DNA of 64,000 bases from Eledone cirrhosa. Taxonomy: Eukaryota. Position 1 is the stretch's first letter. Every line of letters begins with the position of its first letter. The notes beneath the pieces are model-generated. The model had not been told where the DNA came from and did not search any database. It saw nothing but the letters and a program-made list of their open reading frames with translations. The stretch is from contig OZ024743.1 of NCBI GenBank assembly GCA_964016885.1, positions 95,542,001 through 95,606,000 on the forward strand, written 5' to 3'. Positions 25,001-40,000 of the stretch are shown piece after piece. The position numbers and the translations under genes are program-made.

Positions 25001-28000
25001 TCTATGATGGCAGTATAGCCATATGTTTCTAATTTAAAATTCTCTTCCTATCATTGATGGCAGTAGAGCCATATCTTTCTAATTTAAACTTCTCTTTCTA
25101 TCGGTGATGGCAGTAGAGCCATGTCTTTCTAATTTAGACTTCTCTTCCTGTCTGTGAGGAGAGTAGAGCCATATCTTTCTAATTTAAACTTCTCTTTCTA
25201 TATGTGATGGCAGTAGAGCCATATCTTTCTAATTTAAACTTCTCTTCCTATCATTGATGTCAGTAGAACCATATCTTTCTAATTTAAACTTATCTTTCTA
25301 TTGGTGATGGTAGTAATGTCATATCTTTCTAATTTAAACTTCTCTTTCTATCTGTGATGGCAGTAGAGCCATATCTTTCTAATTTAAACTTCTCTTCCTA
25401 TCATTGATGTCAGTAGAACCATATCTTTCTAATTTAAACTTATCTTTCTATTGGTGATGGTAGTAATGTCATATCTTTCTAATTTAAACTTCTCTTTCTA
25501 TCTGTGATGTCAGTAGAACCATATCTTTCTAATTTAAACTTATCTTTCTATTGGTGATGGAAGTAATGTCATACCTTTCTAATTTAAACTTCTCTTTCTA
25601 TCTGTGATGGCAGTAGAGTCATATCTTTCTAATTTAAACTTCTCTTTCTAACTGTGATGGCAGTAGAGTCATATCTTTCTAATTTAAACTTCTCTTTCTA
25701 ACTGTAATGGCAGTAGAGCCATTTCTTTCTAACTTAAACTTCTCTTTCCATCATTGATGGCAGTAGAGCTATATCTTTCTAATTTAAAATTCTCTTTCTA
25801 TTGGTGATGGCAGTAGAGCCATATCTTTCTAATTTAAACTTCTCTTTCTATCTGTGATGGCAGTAGAGATATATATTTCTAGTTTAAACTTCTCTTTCTA
25901 TCGGTGATGGCAGTAGAGTCATATCTTTCTAATTTTAACTTCTCTTTCCATCATTGATGGCAGTAGAGCTATATCTTTCTAATTTAAACTTTTCTTTCTA
26001 TCTGTGATGGCAGTAGAGCCATATCTTTCTAATTTAAACTTCTGTTTCTATCTGTGATGGCAGTAGAGTCATACCTTTCTAATTTAAACTTATCTTTCTA
26101 TCGGTGATGGCAGGGGAGCCATATCTTTCTAACTTAAACTTCTCTTTCTATCTGTGATGGTAGTAGAGCTATATCTTTCTAATTTACACTTCTCTTTCTA
26201 TCTGTGATGGCAGTAGAATCATAACTTTCTAATTTAAACTACTCTTCCGGTCTGTGATGTCAGTAGTCATATCTTTCTAATTTAAACTTCTCTTTCTATC
26301 GGTGATGGCAGTAGAGTCAGATCTTTCTAATTTAAAATTATATTTCTATCTGTGAATGTAGTAGAGCCATATCTTTCTAATTTAAACTTCTCTTCCTATC
26401 TGTGATGGCAGTAGAGCCATATCTTTCCAATTTAAACTTCTCTTTCTATCGGTGATGGCAGTAGAGCCATGTCTTTCTAATTTAAACTTCTCTTTCTATC
26501 GGTGATGGCAGTAGAGTCATATCTTTCTAATTTACACTTCTCTTTCTATCTGTGATGGCATTAGAGTCATATCATTCTAATTTACACTTCTCTTTCTATC
26601 TGTGATGGCAGTAGAGTCATATCTTTCTAATTTAAACTTCTCTTCGCCTCTGTGATGTCAGTAGTCATATGTTTCTAATTTAAACTTCTCTTTCTATCGG
26701 TGATGGCAGTAGAGCCATATCTTTCTAATTTAAACTTCTCTTTCTATCGGTGATGGCAGTAGAGCCATATCTTTCTAATTTAAACTTCTCTATCTATCGG
26801 TGATGGCAGTAGAGCAATATCTTTCTAATTTAAACTTCTTTTGCTATCGGTGATGGCAGTAGAGTCATATCTTTCTAATTTAAACTTATCTTTCTATCTG
26901 TGATGGCAGTAGAGCCATATCTTTCTAATTTAAACTTCTCTTCCTATCGGTGATGGCAGTCGAGTCATATTTTTCTAATTTAAACTTATCTTTCTATCTG
27001 TGATGGCAGTAGAGCCATTTCTTTCTAACTTAAACTTCTCCTTCTATCGGTGATGGCAGTAGAGTCATACCTTTCTAATTTAAACTTATCTTTCTATCTG
27101 TGATGGCAGTAGAGCCATATCTTTCTAATTTAATCTTCTCTTTCTATCGGTAATGGCAGTAGAGTCATATCTTTCTAATTTAAACTTCTCTTTCTATCGG
27201 TGATGGCAGTAGAGCCATATCTTTCTAACTTAAACTTCTCTTCCTATCTGTGATGGCAGTAGAGTCATACCTTTCTAATTTAAACTTCTCTTCCTATCTG
27301 TGATGGCAGTAGAGTCATACCTTTCTAATTTAAACTTCTCTTTCTATCATTGATGGCAGTAGAGCCATATCTTTCTAATTTAAACTTCTCTTTCTATCTG
27401 TGATGGCAGTAGAGTCATACCTTTCTAATTTAAACTTATCTTTCTATCGGTGATGGCAGTAGAGCCATATCTTTCTAATTTAAACTTCTCTTTCTATCTG
27501 TGATGGCAGTAGTGTCATATCTTTCTAATTTAAACTTCTCTTTCTAACTGTGATGGCAGTAGAGCCATTTCTTTCTAATTTTAACTTCTCTTTCTATCGG
27601 TGATGGCAGTAGAGACATATCTTTCTAACTTAAACTTCTCTTCCTATCTGTGATGGCAGTAGAGTGATACCTTTCTAATTTAAGCTTATCTTTCTATTGG
27701 TGATGGCAGTAGAGCCATATCTTTCTAATTTAAACTTCTATTTCTATCTGTGATGGCAGTAGAGCCATATCTTTCTAATTTAAACTTCTCTTTCTATCTG
27801 TGATGGCAGTAGAGTCATATCTTTCTAATTTAAACTTCTCTTTCTCTCTGTGATGGCAGTAGAGCCATATTTTTCTAATTTAAACTTCTCTTTCTATATG
27901 TCATGGCAGTAGAGCCATATCTTTCTAATTTAAAGTTGTCTTTCTCTTGATGATGGCAGTAGAGTTATATCTTTCTAATTTAAACTTCTCTTTCTATCTG

Positions 28001-31000
28001 TGATGGCAGTAGAGCTATATCTTTCTAAATTAAACTTCTCTTTCTATCTGTGATGGCAGCAGAGCTATATCTTTCTAATTTAAACTTCTCTTTCTATCTG
28101 TGATGGCTGTAGAGCCATATCTTTCTAATTTAAACTTCTCTTTCTATCTATGATGGCAGTAGAGCTATATCTTTCTAATTGAAACTTCTCTTTCTATCTC
28201 TGATGGCAGTATAGCCATATTTTTCTAATTTAAACTTATCTTTCTATCGATGATGGCAGTAGTGTCATATCTTTCTAATTTAAACTTATCTTTCTATCGG
28301 TGATGGCAGTAGAGTCATATCTTTCTAATTTAAACTTCTCTTTCTATCTGTGATGGCAGTAGAGCCATATCTTTCTAATTTAAACTTCTCTTTCTATCTG
28401 TGATGGCAGTAGAGTCATACCTTTCTAATTTAAACTTATCTTTCTATCGGTGATGGCAGTAGAGCCATATCTTTCTAATTTAAACTTCTCTTTCTATCTG
28501 TGATGGCAGTAGACTCATATCTTTCTAATTTAAACTTCTCTTTCTAACTGTGATGGCAGTAGAGCCATTTCTTTCTAACTTAAACTTCTCTTTCTATCGG
28601 TGATGGCAGTAGAGACATATCTTTCTAACTTAAACTTCTCTTCCTATCTGTGATGGCAGTAGAGTGATACCTTTCTAATTTAAGCTTATCTTTCTATTGG
28701 TGATGGCAGTAGAGCCATATCTTTCTAATTTAAACTTCTCTTTCTATCTGTGATGGCAGTAGAGTCATATCTTTCTAATTTAAACTTCTCTTTCTATCTG
28801 TGATGGCAGTAGAGCCATATTTTTCTAATTTAAACTTCTCTTTCTATATGTGATGGCAGTAGAGCCATATCTTTCTAATTTAAAGTTCTCTTTCTCTTGA
28901 TGATGGGAGTAGAGTTATATCTTTCTAATTTAAACTTCTCTTTCTATCTGTGATGGCAGTAGAGCTATATCTTTCTAAATTAAACTTCTCTTTCTATCTG
29001 TGATGGCAGCAGAGCTATATCTTTCTAATTTAAACTTCTCTTTCTATCTGTGATGGCAGTAGAGCCATATCTTTCTAATCTAAACTTCTCTTTCTATCTA
29101 TGATGGCAGTAGAGCTATATCTTTCTAATTTAAACTTCTCTTTCTATCTCTGATGGCAGTATAGCCATATTTTTCTAATTTAAACTTATCTTTCTATCGA
29201 TGATGGCAGTAGTGTCATATCTTTCTAATTTAAACTTATCTTTCTATCGGTGATGGCAGTAGAGTCATATCTTTCTAATTTAAACTTCTCTTTCTATTTG
29301 TGAAGGAAGTAGAGCCATATCTTTCTAATTTAAACTTCTCTTTCTATCTGTGATGGCAGTAGAGCCATTTCTTTCTAATTTAAACTTCTCTTTCTATCTG
29401 TGATGGCAATAGAGCCATATCTTTCTAATTTAAACTTCTCTTTCTATCTGTGATGGCAGTAGAGTCATATCTTTCTAATTTAAACTTTTCTTTTTATCTG
29501 TGATGGCAGTAGAACCATATCTTTCTAATTTAAACTTCTCTCTCTATCGGTGATGGCAGTAGAGCCATATCTTCTTATTTAAACTACTGTTTCTATCTAT
29601 GATGGCAGTATAGCCATATGATTCTAATTTAAAATTCTCTTCCTATCATTGATGGCAGTAGAGCCATATCTTTCTAATTTAAACTTCTCTTTCTATCGGT
29701 GATGGCAGTAGAGCCATGTCTTTCTAATTTAGACTTCTCTTCCTGTCTGTGAGGAGAGTAGAGCCATATCTTTCTAATTTAAACTTCTCTTTCTATATGT
29801 GATGGCAGTAGAGCCATATCTTTCTAATTTAAAATTCTCTTCCTATCATTGATGTCAGTAGAACCATATCTTTCTAATTTAAACTTATCTTTCTATTGGT
29901 GATGGTAGTAATGTCATATCTTTCTAATTTAAACTTCTCTTTCTATCTGTGATGGCAGTAGAGCCATATCTTTCTAATTTAAACTTCTCTTCCTATCATT
30001 GATGTCAGTAGAACCATATCTTTCTAATTTAAACTTATCTTTCTATTGGTGATGGTAGTAATGTCATATCTTTCTAATTTAAACTTCTCTTTCTATCTAT
30101 GATGTCAGTAGAACCATATCTTTCTAATTTAAACTTATCTTTCTATTGGTGATGGAAGTAATGTCATACCTTTCTAATTTAAACTTCTCTTTCTATCTGT
30201 GATGGCAGTAGAGTCATATCTTTCTAATTTAAACTTCTCTTTCTAACTGTGATGGCAGTAGAGTCATATCTTTCTAATTTAAACTTCTCTTTCTAGCTGT
30301 AATGGCAGTAGAGCCATTTCTTTCTAACTTAAACTTCTCTTTCCATCATTGATGGCAGTAGAGCTATATCTTTCTAATTTAAAATTCTCTTTCTATTGGT
30401 GATGGCAGTAGAGCCATATCTTTCTAATTTAAACTTCTCTTTCTATCTGTGATGGCAGTAGAGATATATATTTCTAGTTTAAACTTCTCTTTCTATCGGT
30501 GATGGCAGTAGAGTCATATCTTTCTAATTTTAACTTCTCTTTCCATCATTGATGGCAGTAGAGCTATATCTTTCTAATTTAAAATTCTCTTTCTATTGGT
30601 GATGGTAGTAGAGTCATATCTTTCTAATTTAAACTTCTCTTTCTATCTGTGATGGCAGTAGAGCTATATATTTCTAATTTAAACTTCTCCTTCTATTGGT
30701 GATGGCAGTAGAGTCATATCTTTCTAATTTAAACTTCTCTTCCTATCATTGATGTCAGTAGAGCCATATCTTTCTAATTTAAACTTCTCTTTCTATCTGT
30801 GATGGCAGTAGAGCCATATCTTTCTAATTTAAACTTCTCTTTCTATCTGTGATGGCAGTAGAGTCATACGTTTCTAATTTAAACTTATCTTTCTATCGGT
30901 GATGGCAGTAGAGCCATATCTTTCTAATTTAAACTTCTCTTTCTATCTGTGATGGCAGTAGAGTCATATCTTTCTAATTTAAACTTCTCTTCCCCTCTGT

Positions 31001-34000
31001 GATGTCAGTAGTCATATGTTTCTAATTTAAACTTCTCTTTCTATCGGTGATGGCAGTAGAGCCATATCTTTCTAATTTAAACATCTCTTTCTATCGGTGA
31101 TGGCAGTAGAGCCATATCCTTCTAATTTAAACTTCTCTATCTATCGGTGATGGCAGTAGAGCAATATCTTTCTAATTTAAACTTCTTTTGCTATCGGTGA
31201 TGGCAGTAGAGTCATATCTTTCTAATTTAAACTTATCTTTCTATCTGTGATGGCAGTAGAGCCATATCTTTCTAATTTAAACTTCTCTTCCTATCGGTGA
31301 TGGCAGTCGAGTCATATTTTTCTAATTTAAACTTATCTTTCTATCTGTGATGGCAGTAGAGCCATTTCTTTCTAACTTAAACTTCTCCTTCTATCGGTGA
31401 TGGCAGTAGAGCCATATCTTTCTAGTTTAAACTTCTCTTTCTATCTGTGGTGGCAGTAGAGTCATACCTTTCTAATTTAAACTTATCTTTCTATCGGTGA
31501 TGGCAGTAGAATCATATCTTTCTAATTTAAACTTCCCTTTCTAACTGTGATTTCAGTAGAGTCATATCTTTCCAAATTAAACTTCTCTTTCTAACTGTGA
31601 TGGCAGTAGAGCCATTTCTTTCTAACTTAAACTTCTCTTTCTATCGGTGATGGCAGTAGAGCCATATCTTTCTAACTTAAACTTCTCTTCCTATCTGTGA
31701 TGGCAGTAGAGTCATACCTTTCTAATGTAAACTTCTCTTTCTATCATTGATGGCAGTAGAGCCATATCTTTCTAATTTAAACTTTTCTTTCTATCTGTGA
31801 TGGCAGTAGAGCCATATCTTTCTAATTTAAACTTTTCTTTCTATCTGTGATGGCAGTAGAGTCATACCTTTCTAATTTAAACTTATCTTTCTATCGGTGA
31901 TGGCAGGGGAGCCATATCTTTCTAACTTAAACTTCTCTTTCTATCTGTGATGGCAGCAGAGCCATATCTTTCTAATTTACACTTCTCTTTCTATCTGTGA
32001 TGGAAGTAGAATCATAACTTTCTAATTTAAACTACTCTTCCGGTCTGTGATGTCAGTAGTCATATCTTTCTAATTTAAACTTCTCTTTCTATCGGTGATG
32101 GCAGTAGAGTCAGATCTTTCTAATTTAAAATTATATTTCTATCTGTGAATGTAGTAGAGCCATATCTTTCTAATTTAAACTTCTCTTCCTATCTGTGATG
32201 GCAGTAGAGCCATATCTTTCCAATTTAAACTTCTCTTTCTATCGGTGATGGCAGTAGAGCCATATCTTTCTAATTTAAACTTCTCTTTCTATCGGTGATG
32301 GCAGTAGAGTCATATCTTTCTAATTTACACTTCTCTTTCTATCTGTGATGGCAGTAGAGTCATATCTTTCTAATTTAAACTTCTCTTCCCCTCTGTGATG
32401 TCAGTAGTCATATGTTTCTAATTTAAACTTCTCTTTCTATCGGTGATGGCAGTAGAGCCATATCTTTCTAATTTAAACTTCTCTTTCTATCGGTGATGGC
32501 AGTAGAGCCATATCTTTCTAATTTAAACTTCTCTATCTATCGGTGATGGCAGTAGAGCAATATCTTTCTAATTTAAACTTCTTTTGCTATCGGTGATGGC
32601 AGTAGAGTCATATCTTTCTAATTTAAACTTATCTTTCTATCTGTGATGGCAGTAGAGCCATATCTTTCTAATTTAAACTTCTCTTCCTATCGGTGATGGC
32701 AGTCGAGTCATATTTTTCTAATTTAAACTTATCTTTCTATCTGTGATGGCAGTAGAGCCATATCTTTCTAATTTAAACTTCTCTTTCTATCTGTGATGGC
32801 AGTAGAGCCATATCTTTCTAATTTAATCTTCTCTTTCTATCGGTAATGGCAGTTGAGTCATATCTTTCTAATTTAAACTTCTCTTTCTAACTGTGATGGC
32901 AGTAGAGCCATATCTTTCTAATTTAAACTTCTCTTCCTATCGGTGATGGCAGTCGAGTCATATTTTTCTAATTTAAACTTATCTTTCTATCTGTGATGGC
33001 AGTAGAGCCATTTCTTTCTAACTTAAACTTCTCCTTCTATCGGTGATGGCACGAGAGCCATATCTTTCTAATTTAAACTTCTCTTTCTATCTGTGGTGGC
33101 AGTAGAGTCATACCTTTCTAATTTAAACTTATCTTTCTATCGGTGATGGCAGTAGAGTCATATCTTTCTAATTTAAACTTATCTTTCTATCTGTGATGGC
33201 AGTAGAGCCATATCTTTCTAATTTAAAATTCTCTTCCTATCGGTGATGGCAGTCGAGTCATATTTTTCTAATTTAAACTTATCTTTCTATCTGTGATGGC
33301 AGTAGAGCCATATCTTTCTAATTTAAACTTCTCTTTCTATCTGTGATGGCAGTAGAGCCATATCTTTCTAATTTAATCTTCTCTTTCTATCGGTAATGGC
33401 AGTTGAGTCATATCTTTCTAATTTAAACTTCTCTTTCTATTGGTGATGGCAGTAGAGCCATATCTTTCTAACTTAAACTTCTCTTCCTATCTGTGATGGC
33501 AGTAGAGTGATACCTTTCTAATTTAAGCTTATCTTTCTATTGGTGATGGCAGTAGAGCCATATCTTTCTAATTTAAACTTCTCTTTCTATCTGTGATGGC
33601 AGTAGAGTCATATCTTTCTAATTTAAACTTCTCTTTCTATCTGTGATGGCAGTAGAGCCATATTTTTCTAATTTAAACTTCTCTTTCTATATGTGATGGC
33701 AGTAGAGCCATATCTTTCTAATTTAAAGTTCTCTTTCTCTTGATGAAGGCAGTAGAGTTATATCTTTCTAATTTAAACTTCTCTTTCTATCTGTGATGGC
33801 AGTAGAGCTATATCTTTCTAAATTAAACTTCTCTTTCTATCTGTGATGGCAGCAGAGCTATATCTTTCTAATTTAAACTTCTCTTTCTATCTGTGATGGC
33901 AGTAGAGCCATATCTTTCTAATCTAAACTTCTCTTTATATCTATGATGGCAGTAGAGCTATATCTTTCTAATTTAAACTTCTCTTTCTATCTCTGATGGC

Positions 34001-37000
34001 AGTATAGCCATATTTTTCTAATTTAAACTTATCTTTCTATCGATGATGGCAGTAGTGTCATATCTTTCTAATTTAAACTTATCTTTCTATCGGTGATGGC
34101 AGTAGAGTCATATCTTTCTAATTTAAACTTCTCTTTCTATTTGTGAAGGAAGTAGAGCCATATCTTTCTAATTTAAACTTCTCTTTTTATCTGTGATGGC
34201 AGTAGAGCATTTCTTTCTAATTTAAACTTCTCTTTCTATCTGTGATGGCAATAGAGCCATATCTTTCTAATTTAAACTTCTCTTTCTATCTGTGATGGCA
34301 GTAGAGTCATATCTTTCTAATTTAAACTTTTCTTTCTATCTGTGATGGCAGTAGAACCATATCTTTCTAATTTAAACTTCTCTCTCTATCGGTGATGGCA
34401 GTAGAGCCATATCTTCTTATTTAAACTACTGTTTCTATCTATGATGGCAGTATAGCCATATGTTTCTAATTTAAAATTCTCTTCCTATCATTGATGGCAG
34501 TAGAGCCATATCTTTCTAATTTAAACTTCTCTTTCTATCGGTGATGGCAGTAGAGCCATGTCTTTCTAATTTAGACTTCTCTTCCTGTCTGTGAGGAGAG
34601 TAGAGCCATATCTTTCTAATTTAAACTTCTCTTTCTATCGGTGATGGCAGTAGAGCCATATCTTTCTAATTTAAACTTCTCTTCCTATCATTGATGTCAG
34701 TAGAACCATATCTTTCTAATTTAAACTTATCTTTCTATTGGTGATGGTAGTAATGTCATATCTTTCTAATTTAAACTTCTCTTTCTATCTGTGATGGCAG
34801 TAGAGCCATATCTTTCTAATTTAAACTTCTCTTCCTATCATTGATGTCAGTAGAACCATATCTTTCTAATTTAAACATATGTTTCTATTGGTGATGGTAG
34901 TAATGTCATATCTTTCTAATTTAAACTTCTCTTTCTATCTGTGATGTCAGTAGAACCATATCTTTCTAATTTAAACTTATCTTTCTATTGGTGATGGAAG
35001 TAATGTCATACCTTTCTAATTTAAACTTCTCTTTCTATCTGTGATGGCAGTAGAGTCATATCTTTCTAATTTAAACTTCTCTTTCTAACTGTAATGGCAG
35101 TAGAGCCATTTCTTTCTAACTTAAACTTCTCTTTCCATCATTGATGGCAGTAGAGCTATATCTTTCTAATTTAAAATTCTCTTTCTATTGGTGATGGCAG
35201 TAGAGCCATATCTTTCTAATTTAAACTTCTCTTTCTATCTGTGATGGCAGTAGAGATATATATTTCTAGTTTAAACTTCTCTTTCTATCGGTGATGGCAG
35301 TAGAGTCATATCTTTCTAATTTTAACTTCTCTTTCCATCATTGATGGCAGTAGAGCTATATCTTTCTAATTTAAAATTCTCTTTCTATTGGTGATGGTAG
35401 TAGAGTCATATCTTTCTAATTTAAACTTTTCTTTCTATCTGTGATGGCAGTAGAGCTATATATTTCTAATTTAAACTTCTCCTTCTATTGGTGATGGCAG
35501 TAGAGTCATATCTTTCTAATTTAAACTTCTCTTCCTATCATTGATGTCAGTAGAGCCATATCTTTCTAATTTAAACTTCTCTTTCTATCTGTGATGGCAG
35601 TAGAGCCATATCTTTCTAATTTAAACTTCTCTTTCTATCTGTGATGGCAGTAGAGTCATACGTTTCTAATTTAATCTTATCTTTCTATCGGTGATGGCAG
35701 TAGAGTCATATCTTTCTAATTTAAACTTATCTTTCTATCTGTGATGGCAGTAGAGCCATATCTTTCTAATTTAAAATTCTCTTCCTATCGGTGATGGCAG
35801 TCGAGTCATATTTTTCTAATTTAAACTTATCTTTCTATCTGTGATGGCAGTAGAGCCATATCTTTCTAATTTAAACTTCTCTTTCTATCTGTGATGGCAG
35901 TAGAGCCATATCTTTCTAATTTAATCTTCTCTTTCTATCGGTAATGGCAGTTGAGTCATATCTTTCTAATTTAAACTTCTCTTTCTATTGGTGATGGCAG
36001 TAGAGCCATATCTTTCTAACTTAAACTTCTCTTCCTATCTGTGATGGCAGTAGAGTGATACCTTTCTAATTTAAGCTTATCTTTCTATTGGTGATGGCAG
36101 TAGAGCCATATCTTTCTAATTTAAACTTCTCTTTCTATCTGTGATGGCAGTAGAGTCATATCTTTCTAATTTAAACTTCTCTTTCTATCTGTGATGGCAG
36201 TAGAGCCATATTTTTCTAATTTAAACTTCTCTTTCTATATGTGATGGCAGTAGAGCCATATCTTTCTAATTTAAAGTTCTCTTTCTCTTGATGAAGGCAG
36301 TAGAGTTATATCTTTCTAATTTAAACTTCTCTTTCTATCTGTGATGGCAGTAGAGCTATATCTTTCTAAATTAAACTTCTCTTTCTATCTGTGATGGCAG
36401 CAGAGCTATATCTTTCTAATATAAACTTCTCTTTCTATCTGTGATGGCAGTAGAGCCATATCTTTCTAATCTAAACTTCTCTTTATATCTATGATGGCAG
36501 TAGAGCTATATCTTTCTAATTTAAACTTCTCTTTCTATCTCTGATGGCAGTATAGCCATATTTTTCTAATTTAAACTTATCTTTCTATCGATGATGGCAG
36601 TAGTGTCATATCTTTCTAATTTAAACTTATCTTTCTATCGGTGATGGCAGTAGAGTCATATCTTTCTAATTTAAACTTCTCTTTCTATTTGTGAAGGAAG
36701 TAGAGCCATATCTTTCTAATTTAAACTTCTCTTTTTATCTGTGATGGCAGTAGAGCATTTCTTTCTAATTTAAACTTCTCTTTCTATCTGTGATGGCAAT
36801 AGAGCCATATCTTTCTAATTTAAACTTCTCTTTCTATCTGTGATGGCAGTAGAGTCATATCTTTCTAATTTAAACTTTTCTTTCTATCTGTGATGGCAGT
36901 AGAACCATATCTTTCTAATTTAAACTTCTCTCTCTATCGGTGATGGCAGTAGAGCCATATCTTCTTATTTAAACTACTGTTTCTATCTATGATGGCAGTA

Positions 37001-40000
37001 TAGCCATATGTTTCTAATTTAAAATTCTCTTCCTATCATTGATGGCAGTAGAGCCATATCTTTCTAATTTAAACTTCTCTTTCTATCGGTGATGGCAGTA
37101 GAGCCATGTCTTTCTAATTTAGACTTCTCTTCCTGTCTGTGAGGAGAGTAGAGCCATATCTTTCTAATTTAAACTTCTCTTTCTATCGGTGATGGCAGTA
37201 GAGCCATATCTTTCTAATTTAAACTTCTCTTCCTATCATTGATGTCAGTAGAACCATATCTTTCTAATTTAAACTTATCTTTCTATTGGTGATGGTAGTA
37301 ATGTCATATCTTTCTAATTTAAACTTCTCTTTCTATCTGTGATGGCAGTAGAGCCATATCTTTCTAATTTAAACTTCTCTTCCTATCATTGATGTCAGTA
37401 GAACCATATCTTTCTAATTTAAACATATGTTTCTATTGGTGATGGTAGTAATGTCATATCTTTCTAATTTAAACTTCTCTTTCTATCTGTGATGTCAGTA
37501 GAACCATATCTTTCTAATTTAAACTTATCTTTCTATTGGTGATGGAAGTAATGTCATACCTTTCTAATTTAAACTTCTCTTTCTATCTGTGATGGCAGTA
37601 GAGTCATATCTTTCTAATTTAAACTTCTCTTTCTAACTGTAATGGCAGTAGAGCCATTTCTTTCTAACTTAAACTTCTCTTTCCATCATTGATGGCAGTA
37701 GAGCTATATCTTTCTAATTTAAAATTCTCTTTCTATTGGTGATGGCAGTAGAGCCATATCTTTCTAATTTAAACTTCTCTTTCTATCTGTGATGGCAGTA
37801 GAGATATATATTTCTAGTTTAAACTTCTCTTTCTATCGGTGATGGCAGTAGAGTCATATCTTTCTAATTTTAACTTCTCTTTCCATCATTGATGGCAGTA
37901 GAGCTATATCTTTCTAATTTAAAATTCTCTTTCTATTGGTGATGGTAGTAGAGTCATATCTTTCTAATTTAAACTTTTCTTTCTATCTGTGATGGCAGTA
38001 GAGCTATATATTTCTAATTTAAACTTCTCCTTCTATTGGTGATGGCAGTAGAGTCATATCTTTCTAATTTAAACTTCTCTTCCTATCATTGATGTCAGTA
38101 GAGCCATATCTTTCTAATTTAAACTTCTCTTTCTATCTGTGATGGCAGTAGAGCCATATCTTTCTAATTTAAACTTCTCTTTCTATCTGTGATGGCAGTA
38201 GAGTCATACGTTTCTAATTTAATCTTATCTTTCTATCGGTGATGGCAGTAGAGCCATATCTTTCTAATTTAAACTTCTCTTTCTATCTGTGATGGCAGTA
38301 GAGTCATATCTTTCTAATTTAAACTTCTCTTCCCCTCTGTGATGTCAGTAGTCATATGTTTCTAATTTAAACTTCTCTTTCTATCGGTGATGGCAGTAGA
38401 GCCATATCTTTCTAATTTAAACATCTCTTTCTATCGGTGATGGCAGTAGAGCCATATCCTTCTAATTTAAACTTCTCTATCTTTCGGTGATGGCAGTAGA
38501 GCAATATCTTTCTAATTTAAACTTCTTTTGCTATCGGTGATGGCAGTAGAGTCATATCTTTCTAATTTAAACTTATCTTTCTATCTGTGATGGCAGTAGA
38601 GACATATCTTTCTAATTTAAACTTCTCTTCCTATCGGTGATGGCAGTCGAGTCATATTTTTCTAATTTAAACTTATCTTTCTATCTGTGATGGCAGTAGA
38701 GCCATTTCTTTCTAACTTAAACTTCTCCTTCTATCGGTGATGGCAGTAGAGCCATATCTTTCTAGTTTAAACTTCTCTTTCTATCTGTGGTGGCAGTAGA
38801 GTCATACCTTTCTAATTTAAACTTATCTTTCTATCGGTGATGGCAGTAGAATCATATCTTTCTAATTTAAACTTCTCTTTCTAACTGTGATGGCAGTAGA
38901 GTCATATCTTTCCAAATTAAACTTCTCTTTCTAACTGTGATGGCAGTAGAGCCATTTCTTTCTAACTTAAACTTCTCTTTCTATCGGTGATGGCAGTAGA
39001 GCCATATCTTTCTAACTTAAACTTCTCTTCCTATCTGTGATGGCAGTAGAGTCATACCTTTCTAAGTTAAACTTCTCTTTCTATCATTGATGGCAGTAGA
39101 GCCATATCTTTCTAATTTAAACTTTTCTTTCTATCTGTGATGGCAGTAGAGCCATATCTTTCTAATTTAAACTTCTCTTTCTATCTGTGATGGCAGTAGA
39201 GTCATACCTTTCTAATTTAAACTTATCTTTCTATCGGTGATGGCAGGGGAGCCATATCTTTCTAACTTAAACTTCTCTTTCTATCTGTGATGGCAGCAGA
39301 GCCATATCTTTCTAATTTACACTTCTCTTTCTATCTGTGATGGAAGTAGAATCATAACTTTCTAATTTAAACTACTCTTCCGGTCTGTGATGTCAGTAGT
39401 CATATCTTTCTAATTTAAACTTCTCTTTCTATCGGTGATGGCAGTAGAGTCAGATCTTTCTAATTTAAAATTATATTTCTATCTGTGAATGTAGTAGAGC
39501 CATATCTTTCTAATTTAAACTTCTCTTCCTATCTGTGATGGCAGTAGAGCCATATCTTTCCAATTTAAACTTCTCTTTCTATCGGTGATGGCAGTAGAGC
39601 CATATCTTTCTAATTTAAACTTCTCTTTCTATCGGTGATGGCAGTAGAGTCATATCTTTCTAATTTACACTTCTCTTTCTATCTGTGATGGCAGTAGAGT
39701 CATATCTTTCTAATTTAAACTTCTCTTTCCCTCTGTGATGTCAGTAGTCATATGTTTCTAATTTAAACTTCTCTTTCTATCGGTGATGGCAGTAGAGCCA
39801 TATCTTTCTAATTTAAACTTCTCTTTCTATCGGTGATGGCAGTAGAGCCATATCTTTCTAATTTAAACTTATCTTTCTATCTGTGATGGCAGTAGAGCCA
39901 TATCTTTCTAATTTAAACTTCTCTTCCTATCGGTGATGGCAGTCGAGTCATATTTTTCTAATTTAAACTTCTCTTTCTATCTGTGATGGCAGTAGAGCCA